Assembly: GCA_050014495.1 (NCBI GenBank)
Contig: JBEKDF010000001.1
Coordinates: 170,554 to 234,553, forward strand
From: Candidatus Bathyarchaeia archaeon
GTDB lineage: Archaea; Thermoproteota; Bathyarchaeia; TCS64
Direction: 5' to 3'
DNA: 64,000 nucleotides
Part shown: positions 30,883 through 40,120 of the stretch, piece by piece
How the letters are laid out: the number at the start of each line of letters is the position of its first letter
Numbering within the stretch: the first letter of the stretch is position 1
Program-made: the position numbers and the translations under genes
The notes under the pieces: generated by a model
Seen by the model: the letters and a program-made list of their open reading frames with translations, nothing else
Databases searched by the model: none
Told to the model about the DNA's origin: nothing

Positions 30883-31280
30883 CGATTGTAGATGGACATT
30901 GAACCTTAAAAGATAGAGTAGTTAACGGGACTAACAATGAGATATATTTTATACTTAATCTGACAGTGCGTGCGATCAGGGTCTCCCCCATGGAAGAGGA
31001 GGAGGGACTGGACACCGAAGCTTGGTGAGTCATTATTCGAGTAAGTTCCATCCGTTTCTTTTCATAACTAATATCGCAGATAGACGAGGGAAACAAAGGA
31101 CACTCTTTTCCGGTTTTACCCCATGAAACAAACATCCCAAAAAGGGAAGAAAAAGGAAAGGAGTCCTCAGAGTAATTAGAACCTAATAACATTTCAGTTG
31201 ATGCCGAATAATACACAAACATGTGTATTTACGACATGTATACCATCCTGAGTAAGTAGTAAATAATCGTTCGTAGATTT

Positions 31281-31664
31281 GTGCAATTGGTTGATTTGAG
31301 CGGCACAGTCTATTTCATAGGCGTAGTCGAGAAGGTCGAGGGGGACTACTCCACTATACTAATCTACCCTCAGTACACTCTAGGGCTCGACGGCCTCGAT
31401 GCCTACAAGCGGCTCTACATACTCTACTGGCTACATCAGGGGGATGACCCAGCGCGCAGGGCTACTCTCAAGGTAGTTCCTAGACGCCACGGAGCGACCG
31501 AAGAGCGAGGTGTCTTCTCCACTCACAGTCCCCACCGACCCAACCCAATAGGTCTAACCACCGTCGAGCTCCTAAACATCGAGAAAAACAAACTCCTCGT
31601 ACACGGCCTCGATGCTTTCGAGGGCTCCCCAATCATCGATATAAAACCAGAGGAAGACAACTAG
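31281..31664 (+). CDS. tsaA: tRNA m6t6A37 methyltransferase TsaA/TrmO
   Basis: GVFSTHSPHRPNPIG, GLDAFEGSPIIDIKP. Confidence 0.88.
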   Translation: MQLVDLSGTVYFIGVVEKVEGDYSTILIYPQYTLGLDGLDAYKRLYILYWLHQGDDPARRATLKVVPRRHGATEERGVFSTHSPHRPNPIGLTTVELLNIEKNKLLVHGLDAFEGSPIIDIKPEEDN

Positions 31665-31748
31665 TCCCCTTAATACCATACACGACTCCGGGACAGAGAC
31701 TAATCATTAAATATCATCCATCCCCCTCAAGAGGTGAGGCACAACCCG

Positions 31749-32870
31749 ATGGTCAAGACCACGGTATCACTTATTAAAGCCGATATAGGAAGCGTCGCGG
31801 GACACTCAGTCGTCGCCCAACCACTCTTCACGATAGCGAAGAAGAAGCTCGCCGAGGCCCAGAAGCAGGGCCTCATAAACAGTTTCTACGTCTTCAATGC
31901 AGGAGACGACCTGGAGCTCCTGATGACGCACTTCAAGGGTGAGGACAATCCGGAGATACACAAGCTCGCGTGGGACACATTCCTCGCCTGCACCAAGAAG
32001 GCGAAGGATCTTAAGCTCTATGGAGCAGGACAGGACCTCCTACGTGACGCCTTCAGCGGAAACGTTAAGGGGATGGGCCCCGGCGTCGCTGAGATGGAGT
32101 TTGAGGAACGCGGCAGCGACCCCGTCGTCGTCTTCGCGGCCGATAAGACCGAGCCCAGCGCCTTCAACTACCTCCTCTATCGCGTATTCGCCGACCCAAG
32201 TAACACCGCCGGTCTCGTTATCGATCCTAAGATGACTGGTGGCTTCAAGTTTGAGGTCTTCGACGCATATGATGACAAGAGCGTCGTACTGGAGAGCCCC
32301 AAGGAACTCTACCAGCTCATCGCTCTCATCGGCGCCACGAGCCGATATATGGTGAGTAAGGTATGGCGCACAAGTGACAGCGAGATAGTCTCCACGAGCA
32401 GCACGACGAAGCTCAGCCTCATCGCCGGCACGTATGTAGGGAAAGATGATCCCGTCTGCCTCGTCAGGGGGCAGAGCGGCTTCCCCAGCGTCGGAGAGAT
32501 CATCGCCCCCTTCCAGCACACCTACCTAGTCGCGGGTTGGATGCGTGGTAGTCACTGGGGGCCATTCATGCCAGTGGGGCTCAAGGACAGCAAGTGCACA
32601 GTCTTCGACGGTCCGCCGAGGATAGTCTGCCTTGGCGTGCAGATCAGCAACGGGAAGCTCGCCGCAGACGATGACGGCAACCCCCTTATAGTCGACTTCT
32701 TCGAGGACGTCGCCTTTGATGGCGCACGCCAGGAGGCCATCCAGATGAGCCAGTTCCTCCGTCGCATGGGTGAGTTCGAGCCCGCCAGACTGGGCCCCGA
32801 GGCCATGGAGTACACAACCCTCCCCCAGGTTCTCAAGGCCCTCGAACCACGCTTCAAGAAGAACAAATAA
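31749..32870 (+). CDS. fbp: Fructose-1,6-bisphosphate aldolase/phosphatase
   Basis: KADIGS..GH, GDD, YGAGQDLL, GNVKGMGPG, DKTEP, YVGKDDP, MRGSH, MEYTT. Confidence 0.95.
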   Translation: MVKTTVSLIKADIGSVAGHSVVAQPLFTIAKKKLAEAQKQGLINSFYVFNAGDDLELLMTHFKGEDNPEIHKLAWDTFLACTKKAKDLKLYGAGQDLLRDAFSGNVKGMGPGVAEMEFEERGSDPVVVFAADKTEPSAFNYLLYRVFADPSNTAGLVIDPKMTGGFKFEVFDAYDDKSVVLESPKELYQLIALIGATSRYMVSKVWRTSDSEIVSTSSTTKLSLIAGTYVGKDDPVCLVRGQSGFPSVGEIIAPFQHTYLVAGWMRGSHWGPFMPVGLKDSKCTVFDGPPRIVCLGVQISNGKLAADDDGNPLIVDFFEDVAFDGARQEAIQMSQFLRRMGEFEPARLGPEAMEYTTLPQVLKALEPRFKKNK

Positions 32871-33017
32871 TCGGACTCCGGTCACCTCTTACAGTCCTTT
32901 TTCTAACATACAGTGAAAGGAGACGCTTATTTGGAACTGTTTAAATGATTATAATTATCTAGTCAATTAAATCCTAATAATTCATATTCCGCCAATCCGC
33001 AGGGAATCTTGATCATT

Positions 33018-33224
33018 ATGAAGACAAGCGCCAGGAACCTGATCGAGGGGAAGATAGTGAAGGTCGAAACAGACAAGATCATGGCTTTGGTGAAGGTGGA
33101 GACCAAACCCGCTGTAGTCACCTCCATAATAACCAAGGAGTCCGCCGACGACCTCAAACTAAAGGTCGGGGACCAGGTCAAGGTCATGATCAAGTCGACG
33201 TCCGTGATACTAGTGAAAGAGTAG
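33018..33224 (+). CDS. TOBE/Mop molybdate-tungstate-binding protein
   Basis: SARN..G, TSIITKES...L.L..GD.V...IKS. Confidence 0.9.
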   Translation: MKTSARNLIEGKIVKVETDKIMALVKVETKPAVVTSIITKESADDLKLKVGDQVKVMIKSTSVILVKE

Positions 33225-33328
33225 AATTACTCCTTTGATTTTTCCAGCACAAAGATAGATGTCCTAACAGTCGAGAGTAACATAAGGTGGCAGTACGCTG
33301 AGGTGAGTGCAAGATACTATCCAAAGGG

Positions 33329-34168
33329 TTGAGTAATCGAGTCATAAAGCTCGGCGACCTTGAGTGCCGGGTACTGTACGATGGTTCCCGGACAATTGGG
33401 GCCATGACCAGCGGCTCAGCGAGAAAGTTCATCTTTGGTGACGCCCCGGATGATGAGCTTGACACCTGCCTTAGGCCCTACGGTGGAATCGACTCATTAA
33501 CCCAGATCCCGTTCAACTACCTCTTGGTGAGGGGTAAAGACCACACTACGCTACTAGATACGGGCTGTGGCGACCAGTCAGAGAACGACAAGCATCCCGA
33601 CGAACCCGCTGGGCTACTCATCGATAGTCTCCACAAAGCAGGACTGAGTGTAAAGGACGTTGATACAGTGATCATCTCGCATAGCCACTGGGACCACTTT
33701 GGCGGCGCAGTAGTTGATGGGGAGATCACCTTCCCGAATGCCTACTATGTGATGAGCGATAGAGAGGCTGAACATATCAAAATCAATACTAAGGGCTGGG
33801 CCCTCGATTACCTCCACCTTATAGGGGACAGATTGAGACTCGTCCCCGACACAACCGAAGTAAGCCCAGGCATAACAATGAAGACCTACCCCGGTCACAC
33901 ACCGGGCATAACTGTAACAGAGGTCACCTCGAACAGCGAGACCCTCCTCTACACCTCTGACCTAATCATACATCAGGCCCACATAGAGCACACTGACTGG
34001 ATCCCCTCCTTCGAAACCGACCGTACAGCTGCAAAGGCGAGCAGAAGTAAATTGATTAATGAGGCGTGTGAGAGAAATCTACTGCTCTTCGTCCCTCACA
34101 TTCCCAGAAGTTTCGGAAGAATCACGCGTGATCCTTCTAGGTACAGGTGGACGGATGAACCAATTTAA
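33329..34168 (+). CDS. Metallo-beta-lactamase fold hydrolase
   Basis: LDTG, SHSHWDHFGG, PGHTPG, SD, H. Confidence 0.88.
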   Translation: MSNRVIKLGDLECRVLYDGSRTIGAMTSGSARKFIFGDAPDDELDTCLRPYGGIDSLTQIPFNYLLVRGKDHTTLLDTGCGDQSENDKHPDEPAGLLIDSLHKAGLSVKDVDTVIISHSHWDHFGGAVVDGEITFPNAYYVMSDREAEHIKINTKGWALDYLHLIGDRLRLVPDTTEVSPGITMKTYPGHTPGITVTEVTSNSETLLYTSDLIIHQAHIEHTDWIPSFETDRTAAKASRSKLINEACERNLLLFVPHIPRSFGRITRDPSRYRWTDEPI

Positions 34169-34419
34169 GGGATAAATTTTATCTTTTGTTTTAATGCACG
34201 CGCGAAGCCACCACCCATCTCCATCGAACAAGCATGCACGATTCCACGGCCCACAGGGTCAACTATGTACGGTGTATGCAATAGACATTGAGCACCGTCT
34301 CCAAATCAAGAGCACATTATTGAATGATCTCCCGGATGTCGACTGCATGCAACAAACATCCACGTTCCATCCCCGACCACGGCGCAGAATTTAATTAGTC
34401 TCATCCAAAGTCTAGTTAG

Positions 34420-34737
34420 ATGAAGAAACAAACGGTCATTGATCCCCTCGATGACCCGAAAGCGGCGCTAAGGACCCTGTTCGTGCTATCTGGTCAAAGG
34501 GAGGGAATGAACGTGATGGCCATGTATATGGTCATGAGTGAGAGATTTGGGGTCGGTAGACCCGCCACTGACTCGTCGTGTGAGGCGTTGGTTGGCGCTG
34601 GTTTGGTTGAGGTGAATGAGGTTAGGAGGGATGGTCGTAGGTTCAAGGTGGTCAAGTTGACGGATAAGGGGTTGAGGGTCGCGGTGAAGTTTAGGGAGAT
34701 CGTCGGCATCTTGCAGGGGGACAACGAGAGATCATAG
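34420..34737 (+). CDS. Winged helix-turn-helix protein
   Basis: L..AGLVEV...GRRFKVVKLTDKG wing motif. Confidence 0.7.
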   Translation: MKKQTVIDPLDDPKAALRTLFVLSGQREGMNVMAMYMVMSERFGVGRPATDSSCEALVGAGLVEVNEVRRDGRRFKVVKLTDKGLRVAVKFREIVGILQGDNERS

Positions 34738-34793
34738 ATTGTTGGCAACCGTAATCGGATAAGTGGGGTGGGTCATTCACCTGCTCCGCATGT

Positions 34794-35380
34794 ATGGGGA
34801 TTGTTTGGGCTGAGGTGAAGCCAGAGACTAAGCCTGAGGTGCAAGCTAAGCTGACCAAGAAGCAGAAAGCCAAGATTTACAAGAAGCTCCTCAATGTGGA
34901 GGACCCGGATGCGGTCGATAGGAAAGCTGTCTCATCTCAGTTGGGTATTGATGCCAGAGTACTTGGAGGCATGCTTAATGTGATGAGGAACTTCCCGAGT
35001 GTCCACGACGAACTAGCAAGATGGGCTACACTGAAAACCAAATACCCACCTGGATGGCTCGAGCTAGTCCAGCTACTCCTGCCACTCCTGTCACTCCTGT
35101 CACTCCTGTCACTCAATCTACCCCTCAACCCGCTGGAACCCCCGCTATAGGGGGCGTTTCTAAGAAGACAGGTGAGAGTGGAGTGGGTGGGGTGAGTCAG
35201 CCTGCTCAAGGGAAGCCTACTGCACTTGACAATGCTAACAGAATGCTTGGGCCGGGTGGACAACACATAGAGTCCTCGGGAGCGACGCCCTCCAGCGCTG
35301 GACTCAGGAGAACGCCATCGAGGAGAGGGAGGGAACCTACTGGCAGAGGAGCATATGAGGAAAAACGCAGCAGGATGTGA
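34794..35380 (+). pseudogene. Frameshifted hypothetical gene with an HTH-like N-terminus and Pro/Thr low-complexity region
   Basis: ORFs 34794..35150 and 35021..35380 join if one base is restored near 35020 (HDELA-KMGYTENQ). Confidence 0.45.
35084..35114 (+). repeat. 9-bp tandem repeat ACTCCTGTC x3.4
   Basis: Direct reading. Encodes TPV repeats and is preceded by a degenerate ACTCCTGCC. Confidence 0.8.
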
Positions 35381-35393
35381 CCGACCAGCCCAA

Positions 35394-35478
35394 TTTACAA
35401 GTTGACATCTTACAATTTTACGGATTTGCAAAAATCAACTTTATAACTCTACTAGTATGGTTTGACAATTTGACATCT
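35394..35478. repeat. 17-bp imperfect direct repeat in an AT-rich spacer
   Basis: TTTACAAGTTGACATCT (35394-35410) vs TTGACAATTTGACATCT (35462-35478), 15/17 identical. Confidence 0.6.
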
Positions 35479-35494
35479 CGATAGGATATGTATT

Positions 35495-36433
35495 CTAGAA
35501 ATTAGACATGACTCTATCGGCGAAGAGGGGTATGTCCTCCATGTCTGTGAAGCTTAGGGTGATTAGCCCAATCCCCCTATCGACGTACTCCGCCATCTGC
35601 GACGAAACTCTCTCGGGTGTGCCGAAGCCGGGACCTAACCTCTGCTTAAATGCCTCGGGTGGTTGACCGCGCATCGCGGCTGTCCTAGTGAGCTTCTCTT
35701 CCGCGTCGGACTCATTCCTTCCGAGGAGGATGCTGAAGCCCGTCGCCTTCCTGATCGAGTCGTAGTCCCTGCCAACCTTGTCACAGTGGCCGCGGAGCGC
35801 GGAGATCTTCGACTCCAGGATCATCAAATCGCCGGTAAAGAAGTGGCTGATGTCCGCGAACCTCGCAGCGAGCTGGAGGGTGACCTTCTCCCCACCACCC
35901 CCGACCATTATAGGGATAGGCTTCTGCACCGGCTGTGGTTTATTAAGGACATTCTCTACATCGTACAGCTTCCCCTTGTAGGTGAAGTGCTCGTTCGAGA
36001 ACATACCCTTGCAAATCTCGAGGGTCTCCCTTAAGCCACGGAACCTCTCGGCTGTTGGTGGGAAACCACCCATGAAGCCATTGAACTCGTCCACATGCCA
36101 CCCTGCGCCGATGCCGAATATGAGCCGCCCACCCGAGATGATGTCGACACTTGTAGCCATCTTCGCCAGCACCGTGGGCCGCCTATAACCATAACAGCCG
36201 ACGAGCGGCCCGAGCTTCACCCGCTTCGTCACCGCGGCGAGGCTCGAAAGTAACGTCCAACACTCAAGGGGGTGGTTACCCTCCCCCTTCGGGTTCCACA
36301 TATTCATGAAGTGATCAGTCGTCGTGAACAAGTCGTAACCGTGCGCCTCTACATTGAGACACGCGTCCCGCATGTAACTCCAGTCCTTCCCCTCCGAGGG
36401 CAGGTGGACTCCAAACCAGACATCCTTCGCCAT
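35495..36433 (-). CDS. LLM-class (luciferase-like), probably F420-dependent oxidoreductase
   Basis: DHF, ECWTLLS.LA, LAKMATSVD.ISGGRL..GIGAGW, GGGGE. Confidence 0.88.
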   Translation of the reverse strand: MAKDVWFGVHLPSEGKDWSYMRDACLNVEAHGYDLFTTTDHFMNMWNPKGEGNHPLECWTLLSSLAAVTKRVKLGPLVGCYGYRRPTVLAKMATSVDIISGGRLIFGIGAGWHVDEFNGFMGGFPPTAERFRGLRETLEICKGMFSNEHFTYKGKLYDVENVLNKPQPVQKPIPIMVGGGGEKVTLQLAARFADISHFFTGDLMILESKISALRGHCDKVGRDYDSIRKATGFSILLGRNESDAEEKLTRTAAMRGQPPEAFKQRLGPGFGTPERVSSQMAEYVDRGIGLITLSFTDMEDIPLFADRVMSNF

Positions 36434-36625
36434 GCAAATCAAGGAATAATAGGAGCCCACTGAATTAGAACGTTACCAGTTATCTGAGCATAAGTGAACA
36501 ATACGCGCCGATGTTTACACGTGACGATGTTCATCCATAAAGCGGCAATCGTCATCAGCTTCTTCCTATTGCGCCTACTAGACTTTGCGTGAATACACCT
36601 TTAAACGCGGCTCGAGTAACAAACC

Positions 36626-37942
36626 GTGACCTCGATGACCGAGTACCAGCAGTCCGTAGAATGGCTCTTCCAGGTCAGGAGATTCGGCCCAGAGAGGACA
36701 CTCGAACCCATCATCCGCTTAACTTGGCTGCTCGGCGACCCCCAGAACCGGTTCAAATCCATCCACATTGCCGGTACCAACGGAAAGGGGAGCACCTCAG
36801 CGATGATAGCAAGCATCCTCAGAGCCGCAGGCTACCACGTCGGCCTATACACGAGCCCCCACCTAGAAAGGTTCACTGAGAGGATAGTCGTCGACGGAGA
36901 GGAGATACCCGAAGAGGATGTTGTGAGGCTCATCAAGCTCATCAAGCCCCTCGTAGAGAGGCTCGACGCTGAGCCACAGAGGGTACACCCCCTCTTCTTC
37001 GACATCGTAACCGCCATGGCCTTAAAGTACTTCGAGGAGTTGCACGTCGACTTCGCCGTCCTCGAGGTCGGGATGGGCGGCAGACTCGACGCCACAAACA
37101 TTGTCAACCCCCTCGTCTCAGTCATCACCAACATAAGCCTAGAACACACCCAGGTCCTCGGCGACACAGTCCTGAAGATCGCATACGAGAAAGCAGGTAT
37201 AATTAAGCCCTGCAGCATTCTCATCACAGCCACGCAGGACGACGCCGTCTACTCCCTTTTCGTAGAGAAGTGCAAGAGCCTCAACACAGAGATCCACAGA
37301 GTCGGGGGCGACATCACATTCCGCAGACTAGGGGCTGACCTCCACTCGCAGAGCTTCGAGGTCAACGGCTTAAAGGGGAGCTACACACTCCAGACTTCAC
37401 TCCTCGGAGGCTATCAGCTCTACAATGCAGCAGTAGCCATCGGCGCTGTCGAAGCCCTAAGCCACAGTAATATTGAGGTATCTGAAACTGCCATTATGCG
37501 GGGCTTCGCCGAGGTCAGCTGGCCAGGCAGACTGGAGATCATGCAGGAGCATCCTCTCGTCGTCCTCGACTCGGCAAAGGATGCTGAGGCGACTCATGCT
37601 CTCGCCGAGGCCGTCGAGGAACTCCCACATTGCAAGCTCATAGCAGTCGTCAGCATAAGCAGCGACAAGAACATACCTGAGATGATCCGGCATATTTCCT
37701 CAGTCGCGGACGAGTTCCTCGTCACAAGCCACAGCGTCATGGGGCGCGCCGCTGAAAGGGACTTTATCGGAGGCGAAGTAGCCAAATATGGGTTACCCTG
37801 GGTGTCGATTGAGAAAGTGGAAGACGCCGTGAATGACGCCCTAGCTAGGGCGGAGGAGAGAGATATGATCCTCGTGACGGGCTCCGTCTTCGTTGTAGGT
37901 GAGGCGAGGAGAATCTGGAAGGGTACAGGTGGAGGTCTCTAA
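36626..37942 (+). CDS. folC: Folylpolyglutamate synthase/dihydrofolate synthase family
   Basis: HIAGTNGKGS, YTSPHL, EVGMGGRLDATN, WPGR, TGS. Confidence 0.9.
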   Translation: MTSMTEYQQSVEWLFQVRRFGPERTLEPIIRLTWLLGDPQNRFKSIHIAGTNGKGSTSAMIASILRAAGYHVGLYTSPHLERFTERIVVDGEEIPEEDVVRLIKLIKPLVERLDAEPQRVHPLFFDIVTAMALKYFEELHVDFAVLEVGMGGRLDATNIVNPLVSVITNISLEHTQVLGDTVLKIAYEKAGIIKPCSILITATQDDAVYSLFVEKCKSLNTEIHRVGGDITFRRLGADLHSQSFEVNGLKGSYTLQTSLLGGYQLYNAAVAIGAVEALSHSNIEVSETAIMRGFAEVSWPGRLEIMQEHPLVVLDSAKDAEATHALAEAVEELPHCKLIAVVSISSDKNIPEMIRHISSVADEFLVTSHSVMGRAAERDFIGGEVAKYGLPWVSIEKVEDAVNDALARAEERDMILVTGSVFVVGEARRIWKGTGGGL

Positions 37943-38058
37943 AAAAGAGACTTCACGATAGCAGACGCCTCCACGATTATGCTCTCCATCATCATTTACG
38001 AATTATAATAACCCCGTCTTAATCATCACAGATCTTCCGGGGAAGTGATGATTAATTA

Positions 38059-39465
38059 TTAGATGAGTCCGATGAGCTGCCAATAAGGTACACCCACTAA
38101 GAGGACGATAGCCACTGAGACTAGACTCAGAATCACGCCGTAGGATATCATCTGCTGCTCCGTGAACCAGCCCTCCGTATGGAAGATTATATTGGGTATC
38201 GTGTTTACGGGGAGAATGACTGCGACCGGCGCTAATAAGGCGACGGGTAGGGCGAGTAAGATTGGGTTAGCTCCCTGATTATTTGCCAACCCGATGACGA
38301 CGGGCATCATCACCGTCGCGTAGACGGTTGTGCTAGTGAAGATTAGGTGGAGCATCATAGCCACCAACACAATGGACCCGATGAATAACGCAGGGGACAG
38401 GCTACCCAGACCGACTGCCTGGAATATTCCTGTGGCCACCGGGTCCAGAGCCTTATACTTACCCACAACCCTCGCGAGAAACATTGTGGCCGCGAAGAGG
38501 GCTATGCTCCCCCATGGAACGGTTCCGCTGAACTTATTGATCTCCATCACCCCCGCCTGGGGTAGGAATAGGAGTAGACTCAGGGCTAGACTAATCAAAC
38601 CCACGTTGAAGGGATTGAAACGCTCCGTTATCCACAGGATTAAGGCGATTATGAACATCACGGCGACGATCATCTCCTTCTTAGTGACGGGGCCTAGCTG
38701 GTCCCTGATCCCGCAGATCCTGTCATAGGTTTCCTTTGAGGCCTCTATCTCGGGCTTGAACATCAGGGTTATGAGGAGGTAGCTCACCGCCAAGAGGAGA
38801 ATGGTGATGGGAAACGCCATTCTGAACCACTCCCCCCAGTCGAGGCGGAGAGGGGTGGAGACCGCGATGTACTCCGCAGAGATCGGGTTGGGAACTGTGG
38901 CTGTGAGGAAAGCCGTACTGCAGATGTTATTCGCAGTCATAGCCATAAGCATCACAGCAGCGCCGAATCGACTCCTACCCTTTTCAACGCCGAATGACTC
39001 CACGAGCCCGATGCAGATGGGTAGGATGATGAAGGCCTTCGCCGTCGTGCTAGGACTGAGAGGTGCGATGGCTAGACTAGCGACTGCTATCGCCAAGATC
39101 ACGTTCCTGGGTTTGCAGCCCATCGAGGTCATGATCTTAAGAGCTATCCGCCTCCCAAGACCACTCTCCTCCATTGCCTTCGCGAGGATGAAACCACTCA
39201 GGATTATCCAGAGTCCACTAGCCCCATAGGTGTTGAAAAGGCTCGTGATGAAGTCACGGACGTTCAGGCTCGCCTCGAAGACTGCTATGAGGGCAATCAC
39301 GAGGAGGCTCGACTCAAAGTGCCTATTCGGGTAGAAGCTCCAAAGCACCAAAGCGAGGAGGACCACACCTAGGATCTGATTCTCGATCCGACCGAGTGCA
39401 AGATAGGTGAATACTAAAATGGTTAGGACTGTGGCCGCGTACTTGAGCGCGTCCACTGACCTCAT
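38059..39465 (-). CDS. SLC13/DASS divalent anion transporter
   Basis: Multi-TM protein with AMEESGLGRRIA, PSTTA, TATVPN, LPVNTIPN. Confidence 0.88.
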   Translation of the reverse strand: MRSVDALKYAATVLTILVFTYLALGRIENQILGVVLLALVLWSFYPNRHFESSLLVIALIAVFEASLNVRDFITSLFNTYGASGLWIILSGFILAKAMEESGLGRRIALKIMTSMGCKPRNVILAIAVASLAIAPLSPSTTAKAFIILPICIGLVESFGVEKGRSRFGAAVMLMAMTANNICSTAFLTATVPNPISAEYIAVSTPLRLDWGEWFRMAFPITILLLAVSYLLITLMFKPEIEASKETYDRICGIRDQLGPVTKKEMIVAVMFIIALILWITERFNPFNVGLISLALSLLLFLPQAGVMEINKFSGTVPWGSIALFAATMFLARVVGKYKALDPVATGIFQAVGLGSLSPALFIGSIVLVAMMLHLIFTSTTVYATVMMPVVIGLANNQGANPILLALPVALLAPVAVILPVNTIPNIIFHTEGWFTEQQMISYGVILSLVSVAIVLLVGVPYWQLIGLI

Positions 39466-39597
39466 AATGTAACATCATGGCAGTGCGTGTATAATACTTA
39501 TGAAAAAACTGCGATCGTTAACCCCAATTCGATATGCATGGACCTACGCTTCGAAGCGTTCTTATCACATGCCTAAGGTTACCAGATCAGTGGTTTC

Positions 39598-40119
39598 ATG
39601 GCGAAGAACATCTGGATAGCCCGAGATTACGCCGCATGCAGCGGGTGCAAGCGGTGCGAGATCGCGTGCAGCATGAAGTTCGAGGGCTGGATATGGCCCG
39701 AGGCATCAAGGGTACGTGTATTCATGCCCTTCCCCGGGTTAGAGGTACCCCACCTGTGCGCACAGTGCGACGACTACCCCTGTGTGGCAAGCTGCCCGAC
39801 GGTTGCCTTATCGACGGACCCAGTTACGAAGGCGGTCATAGTCGACAAGGAGAAGTGCACCAGCTGCGGCAACTGCATCAGGGCCTGCCCCGGCAACGTC
39901 CCCATTCTCCACCCCCTCGACAACAAGGCCACAATATGCAACCTATGCAACGGGGACCCCGAATGCGTCAAGGTCTGCGTAGAGGCTGGCTACAACGCGC
40001 TCACACTTGTGGATGAGGGCCCGAACCCGAACAGGAAGCTCTTCAGCCGCCACCCAGTCGAGGTGGCGAAGGAACTCGCCGTCTACTTCTTCGGCGAGAA
40101 GGGTGAGGAGGTAATCTAA
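39598..40119 (+). CDS. 4x[4Fe-4S] subunit of WOR5-like tungsten oxidoreductase (copy 1)
   Basis: 16 Cys in four groups, WPEASRVRVF, ends FFGEKGEEVI. Confidence 0.88.
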   Translation: MAKNIWIARDYAACSGCKRCEIACSMKFEGWIWPEASRVRVFMPFPGLEVPHLCAQCDDYPCVASCPTVALSTDPVTKAVIVDKEKCTSCGNCIRACPGNVPILHPLDNKATICNLCNGDPECVKVCVEAGYNALTLVDEGPNPNRKLFSRHPVEVAKELAVYFFGEKGEEVI

Positions 40120-40120
40120 G

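Noticed and set aside
10355..30992. GGGTCTCCCCYATG shared by two spacers (10355 and 30979)
   Set aside because: A 13/14 match between two sites is expected by chance in this much intergenic DNA
35084..35114. Short repeats as CRISPR
   Set aside because: 9-bp tandem units without spacers; no cas genes
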